A stretch of DNA of 64,000 bases from an uncultured Verrucomicrobiae bacterium (GTDB taxonomy: Bacteria > Verrucomicrobiota > Verrucomicrobiia > Opitutales > JABDGR01), in assembly GCA_963765205.1 (NCBI GenBank), contig CAVXVB010000009.1:817425-881424 (forward strand). Direction: 5' to 3'. Shown in pieces: positions 10,357 through 18,704 of this stretch (positions within the stretch are counted from its first letter, which is position 1; the number at the start of each line of letters is the position of its first letter). Position numbers and translations under genes: made by a program. Under the pieces are notes generated by a model, which saw nothing but the letters and a program-made list of their open reading frames with translations, was not told the DNA's origin and did no database searches.

Positions 10357-11178
10357 TTAGATCCTCTTGCGATAATCAATGCATTCACGATTGCCCTTAC
10401 TAAGGTTATCAACAGAACATAAAGTTTGTAGATTATCCAGAATCGTGATGCCTCCATTGGCAATTGGAATAATATGGTCTGCGTGCAAATCAACCTTGGT
10501 ACCACATTTGAGACACGCGTAGCCGTCACGCTTAAACACAAGAGCCCGAAGGCGTGACGGTATATGGCGAGAGTATTTTGATCGCGCCACGCTAGATCGA
10601 GGCCCTTTCGGATGAAATTTTACTCTTTTGGAAATAATATCTTTGATCTGTGCTGTGGTCAACTTGACGCCGTAATTGTCAATCACAGCCGCATAAATAC
10701 GATGCCAATATGGAATCAGCTCTAAAAAAGCTTGATATGCATTTTCATGAAAGTCTTCGAGGGTTCCCGCTTCAAACATTCTAAACAGGCCGATCATTTG
10801 CTGATTTTCTAAAGCCTGGAAGTTATGCAGAGTTTTTTCGGCCTTGCGCATTTCATCCCACAAGACAGATATAACTTCGCCTGTCTTATCGTATATTCTT
10901 TGCCGATTGGCATAAAACCTAGCAATAAATGGCTTTGGATGATATCGAAGGAAAGGATCATGAATTAACGCGTAGCCGAAGTGATGAAAATCTAAAATCG
11001 AAGGCTGGTGGATATCATAAAAGTGAAACATAAACATTCGTGTTTCAGTGCCATGTCGCTGTGCAACCCGCTGAGCCTTAAGGCGCGGTTGAATTTCCTC
11101 GGGAAAGTCTCGGACGAGACCCGCGTAGATATCCTTTGAAACCGCCGCGACATCAGAAATTGTGAATTTCGACTTCAT
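10357..11178 (-). CDS. HNH endonuclease domain protein
   Basis: C-terminal VFKRDGYACLKCG...DHIIPIANGG...NLQTLCSVDNLSKG. Confidence 0.85.
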   Translation of the reverse strand: MKSKFTISDVAAVSKDIYAGLVRDFPEEIQPRLKAQRVAQRHGTETRMFMFHFYDIHQPSILDFHHFGYALIHDPFLRYHPKPFIARFYANRQRIYDKTGEVISVLWDEMRKAEKTLHNFQALENQQMIGLFRMFEAGTLEDFHENAYQAFLELIPYWHRIYAAVIDNYGVKLTTAQIKDIISKRVKFHPKGPRSSVARSKYSRHIPSRLRALVFKRDGYACLKCGTKVDLHADHIIPIANGGITILDNLQTLCSVDNLSKGNRECIDYRKRI

Positions 11179-11526
11179 TTTTCGTGGCAGAATTAAGGTT
11201 TCTCAAAAGTTACCTCGTGGCCTTCTTCGGGAAGATTTCGGTTTAGATTTTATCCATCTCCGAGTGCCCCGGCACATAAGGCCAAAACATCCTAAGATGA
11301 TTGTTAAGAAGAACATATAGCAGTCTTTCTGGGTTAAAGAATGAAATTTTAATGCGTGCGTAAAACTATGTAAAGGGAAAATTGGTCAGGAAATTTAGCC
11401 GCCCTACGAGCTCGCGGCCCACCCGGCAACCGGGCCGAGCGTGCCTTGGGCAGCGGTGAAAAAACTGCAACCAGGGGCGAATTTAGTTGTTGACGTATTG
11501 GTGACGGCCCTCAAAATGTTGTCATT

Positions 11527-12237
11527 GTGTCAACGAACTTTCCATTTGTCGAAATTCCACCCGAGATGGCCGAAATCATCGGCGAGCGGGAGGGTGATTC
11601 GCGGGTCTATGCCAAAGAGGGCGTGCAGGAAGAATGTGCGCCTTGGTATGACGCTCTGCATGAAATCGTCGGGCCGTGCGTCAGCCCCGGCGGGGTGGCA
11701 ATGTATTGCCCGGTCACGCGGGCGGCCACCCATCGGCGCATTCGGGAAGGGCGCCTGTCCTGCTTCACCTACCATGTCAAAGAGCGCAAGATCAACTTCT
11801 TTGGCAAATTGCGCGGGCTGCGCGACACGCCTTATTCCTACGTCCCAGTCTCGGAATGTCGGGCTTGGCGCAAGGAATTGGAGGAAAAAGCCCTGCGCAA
11901 CGAGCGCGTTACCCAGGAGGAATTGGAGGGCGCAGTGCCGGATTGGGATGCTGAATTCCTGGAATGGGAATCCCGCTGGCGCAAGGAACAGCGCAAGCTG
12001 GGCGGGCCGCGCAACATCCCGGTGACGATCAAGCTGGCCCGCAAAGAGGTTGAATGCCTGGACCGCCTCGTGGAGCTATTGAAACCCGAGTTTTCGACCA
12101 AAGAGGAATTTATCACCCATCTGCTCAACTATACCACCATGGGGGGCATGAGCGGACTGAGCTTTACCAAGTTCGGCTTTCGGCTCGCCCGGATGTATGA
12201 TGAGGCGGATGCCAGGCGGAAGGAGAAGGAAAAATGA
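11527..12237 (+). CDS. Putative DNA-binding regulator
   Basis: HTH-like segment VSPGGVAMYCPVTRAATHRRIREGRL; possible C-terminal RHH; ATGA overlap with the next gene. Confidence 0.55.
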   Translation: MSTNFPFVEIPPEMAEIIGEREGDSRVYAKEGVQEECAPWYDALHEIVGPCVSPGGVAMYCPVTRAATHRRIREGRLSCFTYHVKERKINFFGKLRGLRDTPYSYVPVSECRAWRKELEEKALRNERVTQEELEGAVPDWDAEFLEWESRWRKEQRKLGGPRNIPVTIKLARKEVECLDRLVELLKPEFSTKEEFITHLLNYTTMGGMSGLSFTKFGFRLARMYDEADARRKEKEK

Positions 12238-12443
12238 GCACTACCAGCAATTTCTTTACTGACCCGCACCGCACCCTCAAGGAGGCTGCGGACTTGCTTG
12301 GTCTAAGTATCTCGACCCTCCGGCGGGAAAAACGTCGCGGTAAACTTCACGTTTTCGAATGGGGTGGCAATGATTGCGTTTTGGATACAGAACTCCGTTC
12401 ATACTGGGAACGCAAAATCCAACAGCCGAAAAAAAAGGATTAG
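12234..12443 (+). CDS. Excisionase-like HTH protein
   Basis: TLKEAADLLGLSISTLRREKRRGKL, directly upstream of the integrase. Confidence 0.75.
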   Translation: MSTTSNFFTDPHRTLKEAADLLGLSISTLRREKRRGKLHVFEWGGNDCVLDTELRSYWERKIQQPKKKD

Positions 12444-12445
12444 CC

Positions 12446-13861
12446 ATGTATCTCGTCAAACCCAATGCCAGCAACCCCTACTACCGGGGCCGTTACACCC
12501 TCGGGCGCAACCCGCGCGAGTATGAGGTCTCGACGCGAACCAAAAACCGGGAGGTGGCCCGGGAACGGCTCAAGCGAATTGTTGCGGAGCATGAGCGCGA
12601 GGATGTCGGCCTGATCGCGCCCAAAGCCGTGCGCGAGGCCCAACAGCGCCCGGTCTTGGATATATTCGCTGAATTCATTGAGGATTTGCGCAGCCAAGGG
12701 CTGAAAAACGATTACATCCGCCACGTCAAAAACCGTTTCCCCAAACTTGTGAAGGCCTGCGGCTGGAAACACCTGGCGGACATGACGCCGAAAAGCATTC
12801 AGGACTGGCGCAAGGCGAACCCGAAATACCGGGCGCGAACTATCAATCATTTTTACGACGCGGCCAATCGCTTCCGCAACTGGGTCAAGCGAACCTACGA
12901 CATTCCCAACCCGATAGAAGGCGTCGGCAAGGTCAAGGTTAGCGCCCGGTATCCCGATGGCCCGCGTGCGTTCTCCAATGAAGAACTTACCCGCCTGTTC
13001 GTCGTGGCGCAGAATTGGAGGCTGCTGTATCGGCTCCTGGCCTTTACGGGGCTGCGCCGGCAAGAAGCCCGGGACCTCCAATGGGGTGACGTGGTGCTGG
13101 ACGAAAATCCGCGCCTGCAACTCCGCGAGGATGCCACCAAAAGCGAGCGGGCGGACACGCTTCCCCTGCCGCCCGAGCTGGCCCGCGACCTCGCCGCCAC
13201 CCGGCCCTGCTACTGGAAGCCCACGGATCGCGTGTTTCGGGAAGGCGTGGCCCGCAACCCCAAGCTCAAGAAAGACCTCCAGGCGGCGGGCATTGAGTTG
13301 GTGGATCGCTATGGCCGTCCCCTGGGCTTCCATACTTTTCGCCGGAGTTATATCACGATGATGCACAACCTGGGCGTGCCGCCGCGTGCCGTGATGCAAC
13401 TGGCCCGCCACAAAAACCCAAACCTGACCAACTGGACTTACACGGACACCACCAAACTGGACTTGCATAGCCATGTCGCCCGGCTGGAAAACTCGATTAT
13501 AAAGGGGCCGGATTCAGCCCCCCCGGTTCGCCCCGATCCCAATCATCCCCCAAAAGCCGCCCCGGAGTCATCCCCACCCCTGTCCCCCGGTCCAACCGGT
13601 AATCCGTGCCTTTCGGTGGATACGAATGGTTATGATAGAGAATCCCGGAAAATAACTTCAAGTGCAGAAGCGGCTGTATTTGAGGAGGATAGACCACCGC
13701 TGGGCACGAATGGCCACGCTGGGCCAAACGGTAAACTGGCGGAGAGGGAGGGATTCGAACCCCCGGTGGACTTTCGCCCACACAGCATTTCCAATGCTGC
13801 ACATTCGGCCACTCTGTCACCTCTCCCGGTTCGGCAGGCTCATGCCGCAAAAGCAGCTTAG
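12446..13861 (+). CDS. Tyrosine integrase; frame reads through att and antisense across tRNA-Ser
   Basis: TGLRRQE, FHTFRR, LARH and YTD catalytic motifs; ATG 12446 lies 2 bp after the xis stop. Confidence 0.92.
   Translation: MYLVKPNASNPYYRGRYTLGRNPREYEVSTRTKNREVARERLKRIVAEHEREDVGLIAPKAVREAQQRPVLDIFAEFIEDLRSQGLKNDYIRHVKNRFPKLVKACGWKHLADMTPKSIQDWRKANPKYRARTINHFYDAANRFRNWVKRTYDIPNPIEGVGKVKVSARYPDGPRAFSNEELTRLFVVAQNWRLLYRLLAFTGLRRQEARDLQWGDVVLDENPRLQLREDATKSERADTLPLPPELARDLAATRPCYWKPTDRVFREGVARNPKLKKDLQAAGIELVDRYGRPLGFHTFRRSYITMMHNLGVPPRAVMQLARHKNPNLTNWTYTDTTKLDLHSHVARLENSIIKGPDSAPPVRPDPNHPPKAAPESSPPLSPGPTGNPCLSVDTNGYDRESRKITSSAEAAVFEEDRPPLGTNGHAGPNGKLAEREGFEPPVDFRPHSISNAAHSATLSPLPVRQAHAAKAA
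13737..13826 (-). tRNA. tRNA-Ser(GGA)
   Basis: GGAGAGG/CCTCTCC acceptor stem, loop TTGGAAA, long variable arm, GTTCGAATC, encoded CCA. Confidence 0.97.
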
Positions 13862-14144
13862 CGCACCGATGGGTGCCGGGTCAATGGATTTATGCCGGAA
13901 ACGGTTCAAATTCATGGTAGAATCATGCCAGAGGGCGAGGCGCACCAAAACATTGCTTCTGGACTGCCGGGCAACAAGTGCTCCCGCCCATAAAATGCGC
14001 GTTTCCGATGGGTGGCAGGGAGTTAGGGAAAAAGCGGGGCATGAGTGATGCTTATTTCACAAAATGGTTCTTGTCGCTGGCCAAGTTTTCTCTAGCGTGG
14101 GGCGGTTCACGTTTGCGTTTGGCCGGCGCGGCTGAACTCCAACC

Positions 14145-14684
14145 ATGGTCACCAACACCGAATTTGCCTACAATAGCAAGGTGGAAGGCGAAGTGGTCGT
14201 CTCCCAAGCCGACGCCGTCATCAATTGGGTGCGGCGGCACTCGGTCTGGCCGATGCCGATGGGGCTGGCCTGCTGCGCCATTGAGTTAATGGCCGCCGGG
14301 GCCTCAAGGTTCGACATTTCGCGCTTTGGCATGGAAGTGATGCGTTTCTCGCCGCGCCAGAGCGACTGCATGATCGTGGCCGGCACCGTGACTTATAAGA
14401 TGGCCGAGGTCGTACGCCGCATTTACGAGCAGATGGCGTCGCCCAAGTGGGTGGTCGCGATGGGGGCCTGCGCCTCGACCGGCGGGATGTATCGCTCTTA
14501 TGCGGTTTTGCAGGGGGTGGATCGCATCGTGCCCGTGGACATTTATATCAGCGGCTGCCCGCCGCGCCCGGAAGCGCTGTTGGACGGCATGATGCTGCTC
14601 CAGGAGAAAATCCGGAAGGAACCCGGCGCCACCGGCCTCTTCAGGCCGCGGCCCAACGAACCCGTCGTCGTGGGGGCGAAATAG
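14145..14684 (+). CDS. nuoB: NADH-quinone oxidoreductase subunit B
   Basis: [31 protein letters not shown]. Confidence 0.97.
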   Translation: MVTNTEFAYNSKVEGEVVVSQADAVINWVRRHSVWPMPMGLACCAIELMAAGASRFDISRFGMEVMRFSPRQSDCMIVAGTVTYKMAEVVRRIYEQMASPKWVVAMGACASTGGMYRSYAVLQGVDRIVPVDIYISGCPPRPEALLDGMMLLQEKIRKEPGATGLFRPRPNEPVVVGAK

Positions 14685-14688
14685 CGCC

Positions 14689-15313
14689 GTGGACACGATT
14701 TTCGAGACGCTCAAGGCCAGGTTTCCCTATGTCGCGCCGCGCCCGTCGGCCGACCACCCGGCGGTCAACGTCCCCGCCGCGCAGCTGCGCGAGTTCGCCC
14801 AACGCCTGCGCGACGAGTTCGGGTATAACATGCTGCTCGATTTATGCGGCGTGGATTGGGAACCAGGAGACACCGCGCTTCGGTGTGGTTTACCAATTTT
14901 ACCATGGCGGGCGGAAGACCTACTTGCGCGTCGCCACGCTGGCGCCGGACGACGCGAATCCGGCCGTGCCCTCGCTGGCCGCGCTGTATCCGGCGGCGGA
15001 CTGGCACGAGCGCGAGGCCTATGACATGGTTGGCATCCGCTTTGAGGGGCACCCGCATTTGACACGCATTCTCATGTGGGAAGGCTACCCGTATCACCCG
15101 CTGCGGAAGGATTTCCCCCTCGCGGGCATCGAGACGGAACTGCCTGCCGCCGACACAGCCGCGGCAACGAAGGCTAAAGTCATCGCCGCGCCGATGATGG
15201 GCGGCCCGTTCCATTCCGCGACGGAAGCCCAGCATCACATGTCCGACGCCGAACCCCGCGCCGAAGACGAAAGCTGGACCGAGGACCAGCCGAAGCCGGG
15301 GCAAAGAGGATGA
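14689..15313 (+). CDS. nuoC: NADH-quinone oxidoreductase subunit C (1-bp frameshift at GGG 14858-14860)
   Basis: LLDLCGVDW in one frame; RFGVVYQF...[20 protein letters not shown]...HPLRKDFP in another. Confidence 0.92.
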
Positions 15314-15443
15314 TTTAGGAATTAAGATTTATGAATTATGAAGTAAAACCAGGGCCGCTTTTTGAACACCGCTTTCCAAACCTTCGTCATGCAGCCTTCT
15401 TTTTCTTCACTTCTGAAATCTTAAATCCTAAATCATAAATTTT
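15310..15443. repeat. Inverted heptamer tandem repeats
   Basis: ATGATTT AGGAATT AAGATTT ATGAATT ATGAAGT ... AAATCTT AAATCCT AAATCAT. Confidence 0.8.
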
Positions 15444-15451
15444 ACACTACC

Positions 15452-16690
15452 GTGTCCACCTCCACCGAAATATCCCTGGGCGATGTGGGCGCGCGTGGTG
15501 CGGCCTACGCGGCGGAGCTGCCGGCTGAGCACATGACGCTCAACGTGGGGCCGTCGCACCCGACGACCCACGGCGTGCTGCGGTTGTTGCTGGAATTGGA
15601 CGGCGACCGGATCATCAAGTGCGAGCCGGTTATCGGTTATTTGCACCGGGGCGACGAAAAAATCGCCGAGAACATGACCTACAACCAGTTCGTGCCCTAC
15701 ACGGACCGGCTGGACTACCTGGCGCCTCTCGCCAACAACGTGGCCTATGCGCTCGCGGTGGAGAAGCTGGCCCACCTCGAAATCCCCCCGCGCTGCCAGG
15801 CCATCCGCGTCATCTGCTGCGAACTGGCCCGCATTTCCTCGCACTTTCTCGGCATTGGGGTCTTTGGCATGGACGCCGGGGCGTGGACGATTTTCATGTA
15901 TACATTCACGCAGCGCGAAAAGCTGTATACGCTATTTGAGGAGCTGACCGGGGCGCGCTTCACCACCAGCTACACCCGCATTGGCGGCGTCGCGCGCGAC
16001 ATGCCCGAGGGCTGGCTGGGCCGCGTGAACAAGTTCTGCCAGGATGTCATTCCCGTCGTGGACGAAATTGACAAGCTGCTGTCGCGAAACAAAATTTTTG
16101 TCGAGCGCACGGAAGGCGTCGGCGTCATTTCCAAGGAGGACGCGCTGGCTTATGGGATCACGGGCGCGAACCTGCGCGCCTCGGGCGTCGAGGCCGACTT
16201 GCGCAAGGACAACCCGTATTGCGGCTACGAGAATTACGATTTCGAGGTGCCCATCGGCACGCGTGGGGACTGTTATGACCGCTACCTTGTGCGCATCGAG
16301 GAATTGCGCCAGAGCGTACGCATCGTTCGCCAGGCTATTGAGAAAATGCCCGAAGGGGCGTGGTATGCGGAGGGCGCGAAAAAAATCTTCGCCCCGCCCA
16401 AGGGCAAAATCCTCAGCAGCATGGAGGAACTGATCCAGAATTTCATGATTGTGACGGAAGGCCCGCAAATGCCGCCTGGTGAGGTTTATTTCGAGGCAGA
16501 AAACCCCAAGGGCGCGCTGGGCTTTTACATTGTCTCCAAAGGCGGCGGCGTGCCGTATCGCCTGCACATCAAGGGGCCGAGTTTTGTCTCGCTGGGCATC
16601 CTGCCCAAAATGCTGCCCGGCCATTTGCTCACCGACACCACCGTCATCCTCGGCAGCCTCGATTTTGTGCTCGGGGAATGCGACCGCTGA
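15452..16690 (+). CDS. nuoD: NADH-quinone oxidoreductase subunit D
   Basis: GPSHPTTHGVLRL, GYLHRGDEK, DRLDY, LGECDR end. Confidence 0.97.
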   Translation: MSTSTEISLGDVGARGAAYAAELPAEHMTLNVGPSHPTTHGVLRLLLELDGDRIIKCEPVIGYLHRGDEKIAENMTYNQFVPYTDRLDYLAPLANNVAYALAVEKLAHLEIPPRCQAIRVICCELARISSHFLGIGVFGMDAGAWTIFMYTFTQREKLYTLFEELTGARFTTSYTRIGGVARDMPEGWLGRVNKFCQDVIPVVDEIDKLLSRNKIFVERTEGVGVISKEDALAYGITGANLRASGVEADLRKDNPYCGYENYDFEVPIGTRGDCYDRYLVRIEELRQSVRIVRQAIEKMPEGAWYAEGAKKIFAPPKGKILSSMEELIQNFMIVTEGPQMPPGEVYFEAENPKGALGFYIVSKGGGVPYRLHIKGPSFVSLGILPKMLPGHLLTDTTVILGSLDFVLGECDR

Positions 16691-16692
16691 CC

Positions 16693-17196
16693 ATGAACCT
16701 TTCCACAAAAACCCTCGACTACGTCGAACGCCTGCTGCCGCGGTATCCGCAGAAGCGCAGCGCGATGCTGATGGTGCTCCATACCATCCAGGAGGATCTG
16801 GGCTACATTTCCAAGGAGGCGATGGAGTGGACGGCGCAGAAACTGGAGGTCACGCCGATCATGGTTTACGAAGTGGTCACGTTCTACCCGATGTTCCGGC
16901 TGGCGCCCATTGGCCGGCGGCATGTCAAGGTTTGCCGCACGCTTTCGTGTGCCCTGCGCGGCGCGTATAAGGTGTGCGACTCGCTGCAGGAAAACCTCGC
17001 CTGCGGCCTCGGCGAGACCTCGGCGGACGGCAATTTCACCATCGAGTTTGTCGAATGCGTCGCCGCCTGCGGCTCGGCCCCGGTGGTGATGGTGGATGAC
17101 CAACTCCACGAAAACATCACCCCGGAAAAAGCCCCGGATTTCGCGGCCCAACTCAAACTCCACACCACGGCCGCGATGCCCCCCTCGCGCCACTAA
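16693..17196 (+). CDS. nuoE: NADH-quinone oxidoreductase subunit E
   Basis: VTFYPMF, CRTLSC, ECVAACGSAP. Confidence 0.95.
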   Translation: MNLSTKTLDYVERLLPRYPQKRSAMLMVLHTIQEDLGYISKEAMEWTAQKLEVTPIMVYEVVTFYPMFRLAPIGRRHVKVCRTLSCALRGAYKVCDSLQENLACGLGETSADGNFTIEFVECVAACGSAPVVMVDDQLHENITPEKAPDFAAQLKLHTTAAMPPSRH

Positions 17197-17215
17197 ATAT
17201 AATTTTTCATAGTTC

Positions 17216-17243
17216 GCGGACAGCTCGGAGAGCCGTCCCTACC
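17216..17243 (-). repeat. GTAG-type REP-like hairpin
   Basis: GGTAGGGACGGCTCTCCGAGCTGTCCGC between nuoE and nuoF. Confidence 0.6.
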
Positions 17244-17302
17244 ACGCAAAATCCATTCACCAACCAAGCACGAGAAAACCAAGCACTAGAACACTTACTT
17301 CC

Positions 17303-18676
17303 ATGCTTTCCGAACGCCGCATCATCTATCGTCATGTGGACGAGCCGGGTTACACGACCGATTTGGCGTGTTACCAGCGGCTGGGCGGCTATGAAGTGTT
17401 GCGCAAGGCCCTCCAGCGCAAGCCCGGCGAATTGGTGCAGGAAGTGAAGGACTCGGGCATCAAGGGGCGGGGCGGGGCGGGCTTTCCGACCGGCGTGAAG
17501 TGGGGTTTCCTCGATTACAAGTCCGGCAAGCCGATTTACCTGATTTGCAACGCCGATGAATCGGAGCCGGGCACCTACAAGGACCGCCAGATCATTTATA
17601 AAGACCCGCACCAATTGATCGAGGGCGTCATCCTCTCCGCCTATGCCATCCAGGCGAAGCTCGCTTTCATTTATATCCGCGGCGAAATGTTCGAGGGCGC
17701 AAAAATCCTCGACCGCGCCATTGACGAGGCGCGCGCGGCGAATTTTCTTGGCGAGAACATTCTCGGCTCCGGTTATTCGGTGGAAATTATTGTGCATCGC
17801 GGCGCGGGCTGTTATATCTGCGGCGAGGAAACCGGTCTCATCGAATCGCTCGAAGGCAAGCGCGGCTACCCGCGCATCAAGCCGCCCTATTTTCCGGCCG
17901 TGCTCGGTCTCTATAATTGCCCGACCATTGTGAACAATGTCGAGACGCTCTGCTGGGTGCGGCATATCCTGGAAATGGGCGGCAAGGAATTCGCGAAAAT
18001 CGGCGTGCCCACCGACACCGGCACGCACATCTGGGGCATCAGCGGCCACGTCGTGCGCCCCGGTTATTACGAAATCGAAGCGGGCAAGGGCACCGTGCGC
18101 GATTTGCTCTATGATTTTGGCGGCGGGCCGCCGCCCGGGCGCTCATTCAAGGCGATCATCCCCGGAGGCGTCTCCATGAAAATTTTGCGCGTCGGCGAGA
18201 AATTCAAGGTCAAGCTACCCGACGGTTCTCCGGGCGAGTGGGGCGTGCTGGACATCCCGCTCGACGGCGGCAGTTTCAGCCAGTGCGGCACCTCCCTCGG
18301 CACTGGCGGCATGATTGTCATGGATGACACGACGGACATGGTCGAGGCCCTCGCCAATCTCAATTCCTTTTACGCGCACGAAAGTTGCGGCCAATGCACG
18401 CCGTGTCGGGAAGGCTCGCTTTGGCTCAAACGCATCACCACGCGCGTGTGCGACGGCGGCGGGCGGCTGGAGGACATTGATTTGGTCAAGAACATCGCCG
18501 ATCAAGTCGCGGGCCGCACAATTTGCGCGCACGGCGAGGCCGTCGCGTGGCCCTGCCAGAGCAACGTGCCGAAGTTCCGCGACGAATGGGAGGCGAAAAT
18601 CCGCGCCCAAATCCAAGTCCGCGAACATGCCAACGGCGCCGCGCCACCGGCTCGCAAGGGCCTGCGCCTTGTTTGA
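17303..18676 (+). CDS. nuoF: NADH-quinone oxidoreductase subunit F
   Basis: GRGGAGFPTG, NADESEPG, YICGEETGL, CGQCTPCREG. Confidence 0.97.
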   Translation: MLSERRIIYRHVDEPGYTTDLACYQRLGGYEVLRKALQRKPGELVQEVKDSGIKGRGGAGFPTGVKWGFLDYKSGKPIYLICNADESEPGTYKDRQIIYKDPHQLIEGVILSAYAIQAKLAFIYIRGEMFEGAKILDRAIDEARAANFLGENILGSGYSVEIIVHRGAGCYICGEETGLIESLEGKRGYPRIKPPYFPAVLGLYNCPTIVNNVETLCWVRHILEMGGKEFAKIGVPTDTGTHIWGISGHVVRPGYYEIEAGKGTVRDLLYDFGGGPPPGRSFKAIIPGGVSMKILRVGEKFKVKLPDGSPGEWGVLDIPLDGGSFSQCGTSLGTGGMIVMDDTTDMVEALANLNSFYAHESCGQCTPCREGSLWLKRITTRVCDGGGRLEDIDLVKNIADQVAGRTICAHGEAVAWPCQSNVPKFRDEWEAKIRAQIQVREHANGAAPPARKGLRLV

Positions 18677-18704
18677 TTTTTCCCATCTTTAATTTTCCAC
18701 CGCC

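Larger units (their letters stand above)
7529..13763. mobile_element. Inner ~6.2 kb integrative element with rolling-circle Rep
   Basis: Flanked by tRNA-Ser 3' direct repeats; int, xis-like gene, HUH Rep, AT-rich cargo; 20/22 direct repeat at 7611-7632 and 13571-13592. Confidence 0.9.

Noticed and set aside
7529..13763. Inner element as a filamentous prophage
   Set aside because: No Zot-like ATPase or small hydrophobic coat genes are visible
14447..15313. 288-aa ORF overlapping nuoB as a separate gene
   Set aside because: Only its 3' part is real, as the second half of frameshifted nuoC
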